The notes under the pieces are model-generated. The model made no database searches, had not been told where the DNA came from, and worked only from the letters and a program-made list of their open reading frames with translations. DNA of 63,986 nucleotides, the filler included, from Choristocarpus tenellus KU-1152 (lineage: Eukaryota; Protista; Phaeophyceae): assembly GCA_964200185.2 (NCBI GenBank). It is 10 parts of 10 records of this genome, joined end to end, with 100 filler letters (N's around TTAATTAATTAA, not from the genome) between each part and the next. Parts side by side here need not be neighbours in the genome. Positions count along the whole stretch, not along the records: positions 60,078 to 63,986 come from CAXNAD020017210.1; 9 more parts are not named here. The stretch is one strand, 5' to 3'. Position 1 is the stretch's first letter; the number at the start of each line of letters is the position of its first letter. Shown here piece after piece: positions 63,251-63,986 of the stretch. Position numbers and translations under genes: made by a program.

Positions 63251-63986
63251 TGATTTTGAAAACAAATGATCTCTTTGTGTCACCTGGTCCAACCTATTGT
63301 CAACCAAGGTGCTAGAGTACCAGAGTAAATCTTGAATTGTAAAAATATGGTTTTGTATGCACATGTGGAAATACTTGGAAAATATTCAACGTTTGATGAA
63401 CGCTACGCAACCTTTTTGACAGGTAGGACCAACCTGTGTAAATTTATCTCGAGTTGAGGTTAACCTTTCTACCCCACAAGCCTGAGTCGTCTGATAAGCT
63501 GAAAGAAATGCCATCCTATGCCATGGTATGGTCTTCAAGAACAATCAGTTTCACTTCCAAGGTCTTGGAAATGATAAATATATATACATATATATGAGAT
63601 AAATGTACCTTCTCGATCTCTGGACTCTTGCAGCAACTTATCGGGCTTTTAACCGACCGACTAGTACAGAGGACTTTGTTGCAAATACCGGTCCCAAGGA
63701 GAGAGAAGCCGGAGATCCTTGTAGGTGGACGCCCCGTCATCAGCAAATCAATTTCTTCTGGTGTTTTAGGGGCAACAGCATCCTTACCATTATGGCTAGT
63801 CATTTGATCAGCGGCTCTTACATCAGGCATGCCCAACTTGTTCTTCTCCCTATATCCGTCTAAAGGCTGCGATCATCTTTGTGCATTAAGGTATTTCAGC
63901 GGGTTTATGCCAAACATTACTATCCAGTGAATATCTGCGAAAGCAAAGACAGGATATGAAAGCTCATTTTTTTTTTTTTTCATATA

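Overview
Eukaryotic, intron-rich nuclear DNA, not a prokaryotic window. It is a pseudo-scaffold of ten contigs joined by nine identical artificial 100-nt spacers (N44-TTAATTAATTAA-N44), so adjacency across a spacer carries no biological meaning. The RTE/CRE/mariner relic types, many small GT-AG exons and scattered TTAGGG units suggest a brown alga or close ochrophyte relative (inference). Manual splicing with phase checks recovers genes the ORF track misses. Complete models: a 5-exon, 285-aa UBA + herpesvirus-tegument-like (VTD/peptidase C76-type) deubiquitinase (47752-49978, -), the most interesting item; a 4-exon LIN54/tesmin/TSO1-like double-CRC protein (34268-37027, +); and an unrecognised 7-exon ~170-aa gene head-to-head with it, with only 76 bp between the ATGs. 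Partial models: a SKA3-like kinetochore gene, an hnRNP F/H/ESRP-type RRM gene, a protein-kinase-like gene, an ABCG transporter (two exons) and one EF-hand exon. There is one intact tRNA-Leu(CAG). The rest is mostly decayed transposons (RTE and CRE non-LTR elements, DD39D-type mariner, IS630/Tc1-like), two related TIR mini-element families (3-bp TSDs visible in one), an 11-bp higher-order minisatellite and interstitial telomeric repeats. CpG is strongly depleted in an old repeat and enriched at gene 5' ends. All calls are by-eye; no searches were run.
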